Shown here: positions 39,801 to 52,108 of the stretch, piece after piece
Layout: the number at the start of each line of letters is the position of its first letter
Numbering within the stretch: position 1 is the first letter of the stretch
Origin: Trichoplax adhaerens
Taxonomy: Eukaryota > Animalia > Placozoa
DNA: 64,000 nucleotides
Direction: 5' to 3'
Assembly (NCBI RefSeq): GCF_000150275.1
Contig: NW_002060943.1
Location: 4,794,008-4,858,007 of the forward strand
Translations under genes and position numbers: made by a program
Notes under the pieces: model-generated
Database searches by the model: none
What the model saw: only the letters and a program-made list of their open reading frames with translations
Told to the model about the DNA's origin: nothing

Positions 39801-42800
39801 CTTAATTTAGTTGAGTATTATTAACTTTAACATAAAAACCTCTTCATATTAATAGGGCCAGTTGTTAAATCTTGCATCTTGTTGGTTTCTTGAATTAAGA
39901 AATCATGCATGAGATCATGAGCAAATTCCATTTCAGCTTCTGACGGTTTGTGCCAATCAATCACTACATCTCGACGATCATAACATTTTGCCCAATCCTG
40001 CCACGTTTTCGAGATAATGAAAGTAAAAGCCCATACATTACAGAATTAACTGAATGAATAAATTGTAGTAATCTCACTTTAATAATCACTTACTTTAAGA
40101 TAGTTATATTGTGAAGGAGAATCATTAGCCATAGATCTATCACCGGGATATACAGCGGTTAAAGATTCCAATAAGGAACTAAAACCCTAAGTAGAATTGA
40201 GGAATAAAAAGTAATAAAGTGACGTATTCCCGATTATTTCTATTGGTAAAGTAATGGTATTGTACCTGACATGTAAAATTTGATGCCGTCTTAGATTTCA
40301 AGTGTATTGACATAGAGATAACTTTATAAATATGATCCTTATATTGAATGATATATCGGCCATCAGCTGTCATTAACTAGGTTTAGTATATAAATAGCAA
40401 ATAATTAATTAGAGTTTAAAAATAAACTAGCTAAAACGTGATGAGCATGCTGAGGCTCGAAAGACAGTAATTGTACAACGTACTTTACTAAAAACCAGTA
40501 AATACCAGATAAGTCCACTCTCCACTTGCTCTTCATCTACAAAATCGTCAGCTGAAATCAATATATATGCGATTAGTTATGAGAATATAAGTTAAGATAC
40601 ATAGCTTTATACTCAATTTTATGGGCTATTATATCTCATTGTATTACTTTCTATAATTTCAAGAATATTTCTTGAGTGATACGGTAGAAAAAGTTTTAAA
40701 GTCATTTCAGGTTGTGCCTGGTACAAAAAAAATGATGCATTTTAAAATATATTTTTTCAATGAAATTAAGCTGAATATTTGGAGTAGTATATATGCGCTA
40801 TTAGAATATCAATTTATGAACAATGCATAAAGAGTAAAAAGAGTACTAGTAAAAACAGTTGGAATATGACATACATTAGCAGCAGCTGAAACAATTGCAC
40901 AACATATATGACCAGCTATGGTATCACCAAGAATATGGCCTCTGACAAATCCAAATAACTTCTTAATAACTACCTAAAATTTTGAATTAATTATATTAGT
41001 TAATAATTAAATTTTCTACAGAAAATCTCAATCTTTTCTAAGATAAGAAATTTACCATAGCCAAAGTTCTTGAGGACTGACTTAATATTGTCATGAATAC
41101 CCTATAAAAACCTTCAGCAAATTGCCTGTCTTCATTATTAAATGAGGATTCACCATCAATAGTATTGTACGACTTTAAACTTTCGACGTTTGAGCTATTT
41201 TCAATCATCTCGAAACACCTATGTACAATACAGTTTGATATATAAAGGGATTAAGCTTTAGACGTAAAGTTCGTATGCTGCAATATTTATCATAAGGTCA
41301 ATACCTGTCTATGAACTGGATCAAAATATCTTCAAATCTAGCTGTTAACGAGCACAGCTCCTTTTCTTCCTATTGATATCAACACAAACTACGTTATTGT
41401 TGAACCGAAATCAAAATATTTCTGAGTTTGCAGTCAAAATAGAACCTCTGTAAGAGCCTCTTCACTAGCCAACATAGAACAATCCACAATAGGAATCAAA
41501 CCAAAGGCGGCCATGTAGAATATTAATGTCGTCTGTAACGAATTATTATTAATTCTTTAGTCAATAGATTATAACATCAATATAAAAATATCAGATTTTT
41601 ATAAGCTTCTATTCTAGATAATTTACGATAATAAATTTACAGAAGTCTTTAAAGAATCATTTAGATCGATTCCAGGAAGGGCTAATTCCAATAATTTCAT
41701 CAAATATGATGGTCCGGAAGGAAATCGAATTTCTTTATCATCAATTGTTCTACCAGCACTGGCAAGTGGTCGTGATACAAAAGCTGCACATACCATGGTT
41801 GCAATCACTTGGTGTGGTTCAGTCAGCGTAGTTAAACTAGCAAACGTCCTACAGAATGTGATGATATTAATTGAAATTGTACAATGCAACTATTTTAGCA
41901 CCTTTCTGAATGATATATCGTACAAAGAATTTAATACTAATAAATTTTCTACGTTCTATCATACCGATCTAAAAGAGGCGGCAGCATAATTTCAGGTCTT
42001 AAAATGGATAAATTCTGGATTATCAGAGCAACTTCATCGCTCAAGTGTTTAGTAAATAAAAGTAACATCGCTATTGGTCTAATGTTCTCAACAAAAGTAG
42101 TAATATCATCGTCAGTTATATGGTATTCTTTTGGAATTTTGGGTACCCAAGTCTTTTTCGGTTTTCGTTCCCTGAATTAAGAAATTCATTGATAAATCAT
42201 TATCTTACAATGTACTATTTCAGAAATGAATTGTCTTCTACAGTACGAATTTATAAAAGAATTCACTTACAATCGTAGGCGGTAGATGAACGCTGATGTC
42301 AAGCTACCGAGAAAATTTTGAATTTTCCCCTGTAAAATTATAAATAAAAATTACATTTGTTTCTTAATATGCTTATTAAAGATATATATATAAAAAACAG
42401 GGCTACATACCACCCAAGCGCCAACATTTGAAGGGTGACAAAAATTTTCAATCGCTCGTAACAGTTGATTAAGATAAAATTGGACCTTGGATTCTTTGTC
42501 ACCCTATCATAGTATTAATGAATCTGCTTTTAGTATGATTTATTTATTTTCCAATATACTGTGGAACAAGAAAGAACGGTTTAATTCTTTTAGAACAAAT
42601 ATCAATATAATAGTAATCAATGTAGTATTACCATCATGTTAATAATCCATTCAGCGCATAAATTTGCTTTATACATAGCATTTTTAGATCGTGGGACTTG
42701 ACGCTTACCCACAGGAAGATTGAAACTATTAAGGATTCGTTGAAATATCTACAATTGTTTATGATTGGATTTATTGTTAAATCTTGTAGTTTGTTACACT

Positions 42801-45251
42801 TACTCTATTTTGCAATTAGTTATAACTGAATACATTCAAGATATATGCACAATATTAGCATCTTCATAAGGTAATCAAAAGAAACCGGAAGTAACCTTTG
42901 CTAAGTATGGCTCCCAATGCACATATCCAATATTTTCTTTCGCTAATCGAACAAATAAGTACACCAGATTCTATAAATTAATTACAGTAATATCATCAAA
43001 TTAAATGATGTCGTACTGCAATATATGTTGCAATACTGTACGATAAATGGTAATAGAAATTGTAAAATTTACGAAGGTATTCAATACAAACCGCTTCCCA
43101 AGATGGAGAATTTAAACAGCTTATATATAAATTCATTAATTCATCAAACCACAACCTTGGATTATTTTCAATCAGTGTTAGCATTGAATAAAGAAATGAC
43201 ATAATATTATCCAAAAATACTGATATAGTTTACTAGCAAAGTATGACCAATATTATTAACTGCCGTACTTAAAGCCTTGGTTGTGCTCATGAGGGAGTAA
43301 AGCTGTCGGTAAAAAGCTACAAAAGTAACTAGTAGCTTTCAGCATTATTGATGTATCGAACGGATACATCATTGGTCTCCACTCCTGTAGCATTTCTTCG
43401 GTTGCAGACGCAGTAAAATAGCTAGTATATAATTGAATTGAAAGCGTTGAAAGTAGTTAATTTAAATCTATTCAACGAATATTAGAAACCATACAATTCA
43501 TCATAAATATTTACAAAATCCAATAAAAATAACAGCAATGGCATCAACTTACGTTCTTGTTGCCAGCATTAATCTAAATATTACCGGTTTGCAACAACTA
43601 CAAAATATTCAAAAGTTTAATTTTTAGAATGGCATTTAGTGTTGCCAATAATGGCAGGATCAAGCATGCCCAAGTACGGATTAAATATGTGTACTCATGT
43701 ATTCTAAGGTGGCTTATACGTATAATAGTACTTACGATTTGATCTTTTTGAGTCGTATGGTATTATTTTCATAATTGGTATAATAGACTTCATGATATAA
43801 ACGATATAGAGGCTTCCATTCTAGCTGTAAATCATCCCTAGATAATAATTTCTTTTTGCTAATGGAAAAATAAATTCAACTATCTTAATAGTGCTGTATG
43901 CCTATTTATTATTGTAATGCAATCAAATAAGTGATAACTTATAAACTATCAGATAACGAATGTCATTTACTGAAAGTTGTACGAAATTTACTAATGATAT
44001 GTAAGTCAGCATAGTTATTTTATTGATGTACTATCGTTGATATGTACTTGTTATGTACCTATTTATTATCCTAAATCAACCAAAGAAGTGATAAGTTATA
44101 AACTATCAGACAACAAATATCATTTATAAAAAGTAGTGTAGCATTTTACGACTGATACGTAAGTCAATATAGTCTTTCAGTGATGTAGCATCGTTGACGT
44201 CTACTCATTGCATGCCTATTTATTGTGGTAATCCAATCAAATAAGTGATAACTTATGAGCTATCACATTATGAATATCCTATGCAGAAAGTTGTATCCAA
44301 TTTTGCTAATTATACGCAAGTCAATATAGCTATTCATTGATGTACTACCGTTGATGTCTATCGATATACAGTAAGATCGAAAGAAGAGCTACAGGAAAAT
44401 TATGATTAATTGAATAGTATCATAATTATTTAACAAGTATAATAATGATAATTTACCTTAACAAGGAAATGAGCACACATCCAAATTGTTGTACAAGCAA
44501 AGGAGGCAGATCAGGAATTGTTAATAATTTGTAGAGTAATTGGACGAGTTTGATATGGTCATCCTTACTAAAGCGTCGGCCATAAGCATGGATGTAGCTA
44601 AAATACGATTGAATAACATTGAAGTATGTCCATATGAGTGTTGACTTTCATTGATATAGTCTAATGATTTTATGACATCAATAGGAAAGTATTATCATGA
44701 TTGGTAAAGAGAATTGCTTTCATCATCATAACTAGTGTAATCTAACATGAGCAATTCCTTCATTGGTAGGAGTCATATCGACAGTGTCAATCTTACTCCG
44801 GATGAACATTTATATACGACACTGCTATCTTGTATGTACTGTACGGTATAACATACGAATTGCCTGTAGCAGTATATTATTACTGTACTGATTTAATCCT
44901 AGTACTATACAGATGAAATCATCTTTCTGCATTCGTGTGAAGTTCGATCAACTTGTCGATGTAGGCAAATGGCTGGAAAGGAATTAAAAGTATCCAATCC
45001 TTAGTTTAATCTGTTATCGATGACAATACATACTTATCTAATTGAATGGACCAATGCATTGCTCCAGGTCTTAATTCACCATTCTCAACAGCCAAGGCTA
45101 AATTATGTTTGATTTTTTGGAATAATTGCTGGCTATTTGCTTCGATTTCTTCATAATATGGCAGCAATTGGTTATAATTTAAGCTCTCCTGTTGGAAATT
45201 GACAACGTCACTATTGCGTTGCATCTTTGGCTTAGTGCTGTTGTCATCCAT
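33851..45251 (-). CDS. PSME4: Proteasome activator complex subunit 4 (PA200/Blm10), many short exons
   Basis: N-terminal [16 protein letters not shown]...ELRPGAMHW; [14 protein letters not shown]; [12 protein letters not shown]; [10 protein letters not shown]; TLTEPHQ; [12 protein letters not shown]; [28 protein letters not shown]; [14 protein letters not shown]; C-terminal SPSYYA (HbYX motif), stop at 33853-33851. Confidence 0.95.
43898..44363. repeat. Three diverged tandem copies of a ~157-bp unit inside an early PSME4 intron
   Basis: Anchor aagtgataa recurs at 43929, 44086 and 44243; shared blocks cctatttatt, ctatca, aagtca, gatgta..cgttga. Confidence 0.9.
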
Positions 45252-45519
45252 AACGATCTGACGTTGACTTATCCTACACTGCTGCCAAGTCTATACGCTC
45301 GCGTAGACTCGAAGAGGTCCGACTGGATTATCGATTGAATTCAGTCCAACAATTTACTAACTGGGTAACTTTCAATGAAAGCGTCAAATTGCTTGCTAGG
45401 ATAGGCAAAGTGAAGAATGAAAGAGCGACAAGATGGAAATATTGCAAGTGATTACTAAGTACACTGTAGTGATTGCTTACGGCAATGCAAGTTGATGAGC
45501 GTCTGCGTAAAAGCGGTAA

Positions 45520-45920
45520 TCAAAGTACAAGTGTGTACACTGTACAGTACGGTTTACAGTACGCGTCATTGAGGGTGTCACCTAGTGTCACCCATAGAGT
45601 TAACAACTTCATGAACTCAATGGCGTCACCCTCTCAGCCACTATGTGAGGTGCTGACTGTGCCGTACACTGAGCTGTCTGAGTGGATATGCAGTACAGTA
45701 CAGTACAGTATTGACGCAACAATCGTTCTGTACAGTACTGTACTGTACACTGTATACTGTACACTGTACAGTACAGTACTGTACAGTACTGGAGTTTACG
45801 GTACAGTAGCCGCACCCCGGGTGGATGGGATTAACCAAAAAGAAAACCATCGCAGAATTGGTAGTCTAGTACTGTTAGTAATGGACTGTCGATCTGTCGT
45901 AGACCAGCGGGTGTACACGA
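45520..45920. repeat. TACAG/CTGTA palindromic array upstream of PSME4, containing a perfect 22-bp inverted repeat
   Basis: ctgtacagtactgtactgtaca (45728-45749) is the exact reverse complement of 45765-45786. Confidence 0.85.
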
Positions 45921-46040
45921 TGCTCTTCTTCTTCAACAATACGCAGTCATAATGATGGTGATACTGTATTTGTGTTATTTTAAAACTCGACCATTTTCAA
46001 GCCAGCATGTTGTGCGGACGGCTCAATTAATTTATTAAAT

Positions 46041-46330
46041 ATTGTAACCCCCGTTGCATAAACCACCTGCACCACCTAACAAATAACGTCATAATAAGCC
46101 GTAATCATAAACGATTATATCGAGGATTTGTAGAAAAAGTTTCATTCTGAACTCGGACCGTAAATAGACGAACAAATCAATTCAAAATTGCAACCACCCT
46201 TGCGTAAATCCACCTGCACCACCCAACACATAACGTAATAACAAGTCGGAATCAGAAGCGATTATATCTAGGCTTTGTAGAAAATTTTGATTTTCAATTC
46301 GGACTGTAAATAGATGGACAAATCATTTTG
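46041..46330. repeat. Two diverged tandem copies of a ~147-bp unit in the PSME4/NDUFAF5 intergenic region
   Basis: ccacctgcaccacc at 46063 and 46210; shared blocks taacgt, cgattatatc, tttgtagaaaa, tcggac.gtaaataga, acaaatca. Confidence 0.9.
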
Positions 46331-46422
46331 GCACTGTACTGAAGTTCAGACCATAGAGACATAAGACAAAAATCTTATTCTTACATTTCTACGGATCAGA
46401 CTGACAGCAAACCACCGTAAAT

Positions 46423-46450
46423 TTAAATAAATAAATAAATAAATGAATAA
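46423..46450. repeat. (AAAT)n microsatellite
   Basis: ttaaataaataaataaataaatgaataa. Confidence 0.7.
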
Positions 46451-46524
46451 TTGAAGTCCCTGCTAGCAGTCTATCAATGATTTGTGTTACGCACAGTTTT
46501 GCAGTTCCTGTGTCACACTCATTG

Positions 46525-46670
46525 TGTTACGTGTACAGTACACTGTACAGTGTACAGTGTACAGTACTGCTGTACAATGAGCGTACCGCACCGTACCGGA
46601 CCGGTCAGCACTTGATCTGCATCTGCTTCTCCACCGCGAGTCTAGACTGTATAGTCTACTGTATAATGGA
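46525..46670. repeat. TACAG/CTGTA palindromic array upstream of NDUFAF5
   Basis: Includes the perfect 18-bp palindrome gtacactgtacagtgtac at 46538-46555. Confidence 0.8.
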
Positions 46671-47190
46671 CTATCGCCTTGAGAGCCTTATTTGCCCAGT
46701 CAATCGTCTTTACAACCGTACGGTAAGGTTCAGGACTTGTACTCCAGTGAGTGAGTCAAATGTAGCAAAGGTTAATTTCAAAAGGACGTAACGTGTTACA
46801 AATCAACTCAGCCCTCAACCCTTCGTACCACTCGGCGGTTGCTACGTTACTTGCAAATTTGTTTTGCCCAAGTTGAAGCATCGTGTCGAAAAGAGAGAGA
46901 CAAAAATCAAAAATCAGCTTATGAAAGGCCTTTTACTTCATTCTTTCAGCTGTAGTTATCGAGAAGAGCTAAAACAGCAGCCAATGTAGGTCACCTAGCA
47001 TCTCAATTTGCTGGCCCCTGTTGGACATGCGATGCTTTTACCTGTACGAGTTTACCAAGTTGCAAGTTCTCTTTTGATTTCAATTTTTTTTGCACATGGT
47101 GTGGTCAGATCGTTGAGTTCCTTAACTTGAAGAAATCGAAAAAATTGACCCCTTAACTGAGCTTAGTTAGGTGAAGTTTGCCACACTTTA

Positions 47191-49472
47191 ATGGCTTATA
47201 GAATTGGTTATTGCAGCTTGGCCGCAACCAAGCGTTTTCTGCAGACAAAGTCTTCTGTACAACATGTTCGATACTTTACCATCTCGCATATGAGATGGAA
47301 CGATATGCCTTTAAATCAGTCAATGAACGTTTTCGATCGTTCGACAAAGTTAGCTCAGCGAGATCGAGCTGCAAAGGCAATCAATTTTTCGGATTACGAT
47401 TATCTTCGAGAGGAGGTTGGTGAAATGACAATTTTCTTTCTCAGATTTTTTTTTCTCATACTAGACCTCTGAGTGCATGTGTAGCATGCGACCATACGAC
47501 AAATTTTAATTGTAAAGTGTTACTAGCCCTCCTTAACGATGCATCTTCTGACTAATTATAATAGTGTAGTACTGTGTATTTTTATATACGATAGAATAGT
47601 TGTTATACTAGCGTACTGTTAAATGTAACTTCTTTACTCTATTATTAAGGTTGCCGATCGCATCGCTGATAGGAGCTTTGATATTAAAAGGTAACTTCTG
47701 AAATACACATATTGCCTTTCAAGCATTTTGACAAAATATGCAAAGCCTTAGTCTTTACTATATGTCCGCGTATTAACAACATTCATGTTAAATTGTCAAA
47801 CTTGATTGGGAATTTCTCTTAAAATTCTCTGACTATATCGTCGGTCATTAGATAGATCGCTGCCACAGAAAATTTGATGTACTGTGCAGTGTATAGGCAC
47901 GACATAAAACTGTATTAGATACATCTAAGTTAGGATAGTGTTTTGGTTTATTTTTTAAGTAAAGCTAGTATTAAATGGATGCTTTGATAAATTTGTCAAC
48001 TCTTTCTTTTTCAATGGAATTCCTAGATTCTTTCCAGTGGCTGTCGATCTAGGATGTGGAAGGGGCTATATTGGCAAGTATCTTGACAAGGTATTTAAAA
48101 CCTGGCTATTCCATGAACTTGTTGCTAATCAAATAGCTTATTGATAAATGCAAACTTGTTATACTAGGAAGTAATAGGAACCTTAGTACAATGTGATCAT
48201 TCCAAGGAATCCTTAAAGATCGCACAAATGCGAGCTGCATCTTTTGAGGTTCCAGCTATCTCAGTTATCGCCGATGAGGAATTCATTCCTTTCCCCGACC
48301 ATTCTGTAGATCTATTATTTAGTAGCTTAAGTTTACATTGGGTGAATGATCTACCCGGAACTTTTGCCCAGGCAAGTGAAATATCATAGCTTATCGTCTT
48401 CCTTGCAGCGAATTTTCAAAGGCACTTTACTATTTTGGGATAAGCATCGTAGTAAAGTACATTATAATTGATGTGTAATAATTTGAGTTCCTGCAATTAC
48501 TTGTATTTAGATTTTGGCATGCTTAAAGAATGATGGTGCCTTTATTGGAGCAATGTTTGGCGGCGATACTCTTTATGAACTACGCTGTTCTTTGCAATTG
48601 GCAGAGATCGAACGTAAAGGAGGCTTCGCTCCTCGCGTTTCGCCTTTTGCAGACGTGAGAGATGTAGGCAATTTACTAACACGTGCAGGGTATACTCTTA
48701 CAACAATTGACCTGGATGATATTATAGTCAATTATCCATCAATGTTCGAACTACTCGATGACTTGAAAGGTATTCAACGTCCTCATGTATACTTTTAGTT
48801 AATTAACCTTAACACAATTATTTTGATTTGGCTCCTTAGAGCTCTCTTATGATCAATCAATTTTAAGAGAGTCAAGCTGCAGCCATAAACTGAAAAACTT
48901 TCTCTTTTACACTGCCAATGCTTTTTATTGTAGCTAAGGTAGCATGCCCGTGGAAAGGACAATTACTTTGTTTAGCTCAGTTGCAGTATAATATTTTGCT
49001 TCCTTATTACACTGCAGTATACTGACTATCATTACTCTTAACCGATGGCCTATGAGCACAGTACATGAGCACATATATGTGCGGTTGCATTCTATAGTCG
49101 CATCTCAACAAAAATTTCATTTTATGCTTGTAACAGGTATGGGTGAAAGTAATGCCGCCTGGTCTAGAACAAACATCCTTCATCGAGATACAATGATGGC
49201 GGCTGCATCCATTTACAAAGCAATGTACGGAAATGATGACGGTTCGGTACCGGCCACTTTTCGAGTCATTTCATGGATTGCTTGGAAACCCGATAAGTCT
49301 CAGGTAACTTCATTACGAAATTGCATAGTAATAATGATAGTTAAGAGATCCTTACATATTCATTACAATTATTTCAAATCTGGTCTTATTGCAGACTCAG
49401 CCAGCTGAGCGAGGATCCGCTACAATATCAATGAAAGATTTAAGTGCTTCAGATTCGAGGAAAGGCAGTTAG
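47191..49472 (+). CDS. NDUFAF5: NADH dehydrogenase complex I assembly factor 5 (SAM-dependent arginine hydroxylase), 7 exons
   Basis: Exons 47191-47415, 47650-47690, 48027-48090, 48168-48371, 48511-48769, 49137-49303, 49395-49472. Basic mitochondrial-type leader; [16 protein letters not shown]; YDYLREEV; DLGCGRG; DEEFIPF; [13 protein letters not shown]; [16 protein letters not shown]; GMGESNA; VPATF; ERGSAT. Confidence 0.96.
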
Positions 49473-50242
49473 GCTTATCATTGTTTATTAACTATCATTT
49501 GCATCTCAAACAAATATTTACTAAATCTGCTACTGCGCTAAGCCAGTAACAGCAATAGGCTTATTTTCTTTGCAATGCTTAAAGTCTAATTCCTGGATAA
49601 TCCGCTAAGACTGTGCTTACGGATTTGCTACAAAATTTCAGACAATATTCTTGATGTGATTGATATTGCTGCAAAATAATGATTTGTATAAATATTTATT
49701 TGTATAGTAGACTTTTATCAAGTTTAAAAGGGATTTTAATAAGCTGTAATGTACTTTTGAGACAATTAAGTTATTTGTTGATCATCCTTATTTACGAGAT
49801 AGTTTGATTCCGATTACTGCCATGTGAATGTAATCTCCCTGGCAATTCCCGTTCTTATTAAAATAAAGTAAATATGCGATTACTGATATAGTCTTTATCA
49901 ATATTTAAAATTTTCGTAACATTTTGTCACGGACTACTCTCCTGACAAGGGATGAAGTAAAGTATTCTGTTCCTCTAAGTTGCTACTGTCAACCACTATT
50001 TTACTTTCCGCCTAGAACTTCCCTTCTAGACTGTAGTTACACAGATAAATTTCATAACGTCGAGCTACTTTTACTTTATTTCAACTAATTCGAACAACGT
50101 AATGTACTCGTAAAAGACTACAGAAATCATCTACTAACGAACAATATTTGTAGTCACAAGTTAAATCATAAAAGTTTAGTCGACCCAACTTATATTGGTA
50201 GAAATCTATCAAGACACAAATACTTAATTTCTACTGTATCAT

Positions 50243-52108
50243 TCATGGTGTAGTTGTACCGTGACACATTTCAATAACTAGTAAACGACAATATCTCCAA
50301 CTAGCTATTTTTGACGGAGATTCTAGTTGGTAAATCACATATCCATCATTTTGGACGCTATATTCCGTATAAGCATCGAATAACCCATCTAAAGCCAGAA
50401 ATATGTATAGCTAGTAAAATTTTACTAACAAAACGAGAAAGAAAACTCCCGTATTTTGGTGCCTTATATTCGCTTACCTTTAGTTGCTCCAGGTTTATAT
50501 GACGATCTTAATCGATAAATAGATTTTTGGTATAGCTTTTTTGACGAATCTGCAGACATAGATTTTCGAAAATCTAACACATTCGTTTTTAATGCCCCAT
50601 GCAACGTTATCTATAAGACAAGAGAATATAGATATTTACTTTGGCCATTCGATCAATAAATGACAACTATATTATGGTACCGTGTATGGGCTTTTAACCC
50701 TATGCATGAACTACTAAAAATTTAGTAATCCGTGCCCTATACTAACCACAATCAACATTTAAATTAGTAAAACACATAGCTCTATATTACATACTATCAC
50801 TGTATTCTGCATTCCCAAATACATTACTACCGTAATTAGCTGATATTATTACACATGGTACAGCAAATTAATCAAAATGCATTATATAAATGGTTTGCAA
50901 AAAACTTTACTGTGCATTGATATAACTACGCTACGATAGCCATTACTCCAGTATAAAATATTATCACACCTGACTTATACATAGTATTTCTAAATCTTTT
51001 TTCACTATATTCTTTACACAACGTTTCTGTCCGTTTTCAATTAGACGTAGTTTTAAAACTTTTCTGGACCTACACATAGAGTACGCTATCATTAAATACT
51101 TTAGTGTCTAAAATTATAAGAGTAAATACAGCTTGATATTGCTGGCAATGAAAAGTAAAACATTTGCTGTTGACTTTATAAATACTTTATCCTATGTCTA
51201 ACATGTAACTGATATCCTTATCTGTATTATCTTTCGATATGCTAATTATTAGATAGAGCTCTCGGCCCATTGAGTTGATCAGTTTACCGTCAACTAGAAG
51301 AGAATTTAGTTAAAATTCGGTATATGATTAAACAGATATGCTATGAAGGACTGTATTAAATAAACGCAGTAAGCATACTCCGTGTATACATTTTACGTAT
51401 GATTTAGTTTTTATTAGGCTATACAGAAGTAAGGAACACATCATTTTGATAGTAGACGGGTGCTACTTGCCATATTTATGTGAAGATGCTTAATTCACAG
51501 TTACGGATATGATAACTTTAATTTTATTTTTTTAATTATATAAGGCAGACGAAATTATTTTGCGTTAGTAACTTAGCTGTGCTACAACTACCCTTGTGAT
51601 ACAGAAGTAAATAAAATGACTATATTAATTTTAGGATATCTATATGGCTACTTTCTTAGCAAGCTTGAACTTTTATCCTCGGAATCATCATAAGTCTGAT
51701 GCAAGTAATGTATATACACCAAGTAGTATCACGCATAGCCTAAATTTAATGCCAGCTGGCTAAGTTATATATCCTATTGATCAACATAAACAAATTTCCT
51801 GCTCCACAAATATATTTCGATCGTAAAATTACTATTGATATTGAACTATCAAAGTAAGAGTTGAAAGTAAGCGATCTTTCAAACTCAGATACTATATTTT
51901 AACTACCAATTTGAGACATACAGTTAGCATGCTATATTGCTATGGAAATCACCTTACTTGTAGCGTATGTTTACTAGTGAGGTGTTTCAACATTATAATA
52001 ATTAATGAAAAAAATTTTATGACTATGACAAGCAATAAGTAATCTCCTTTTACTTCACAACTTACCTGTAGCACTGGCACATGTGACACGCTTGATTAAT
52101 ATTTTCAT
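50243..52108 (-). CDS. Divergent D-aminoacyl-tRNA deacylase (DTD1-like) paralog, ~170 aa, active-site motifs altered; may be non-catalytic, neofunctionalised or decaying
   Basis: Five exons (52108-52066, ~51294-51203, ~51069-50970, ~50610-50478, 50388-50243), all GT-AG with no stops or indels against the neighbour. Translation: MKILIKRVTCASAT VDGKLINSMGRELYLIISISKDNTDKDISYM SRKVLKLRLIENGQKRCVKNIVKKDLEILCISQ ITLHGALKTNVLDFRKSM... DGLFDAYTEYSVQNDGYVIYQLESP... Confidence 0.85.

Noticed and set aside
45473-45952. Overlapping ORFs on both strands (also 46477-46791 and 55592-56373)
   Set aside because: Artefacts of palindromic pentamer arrays that translate to STVQY/TVLYC repeats.
43898-46330. CRISPR-like array
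   Set aside because: Units are homologous along their whole length with no unique spacers, the context is eukaryotic, and there are no cas genes.
50311-50502. Plus-strand ORFs here and at 54614-54880
   Set aside because: Antisense shadows of the DTD exons.
51937-51950. X-box-like ATTGCTATGGAAAT in the DTD paralog intron (similar words at ~10884 and ~5776)
   Set aside because: The terminal G/C positions mismatch the consensus; plausible by chance in AT-rich DNA.
50243-52108. Paralog as ATD (Animalia-specific tRNA deacylase, DTD2-like)
   Set aside because: It lacks the PQATL and TNGP(Y/F)TH motifs, and is colinear with and shares all introns with the adjacent DTD1.
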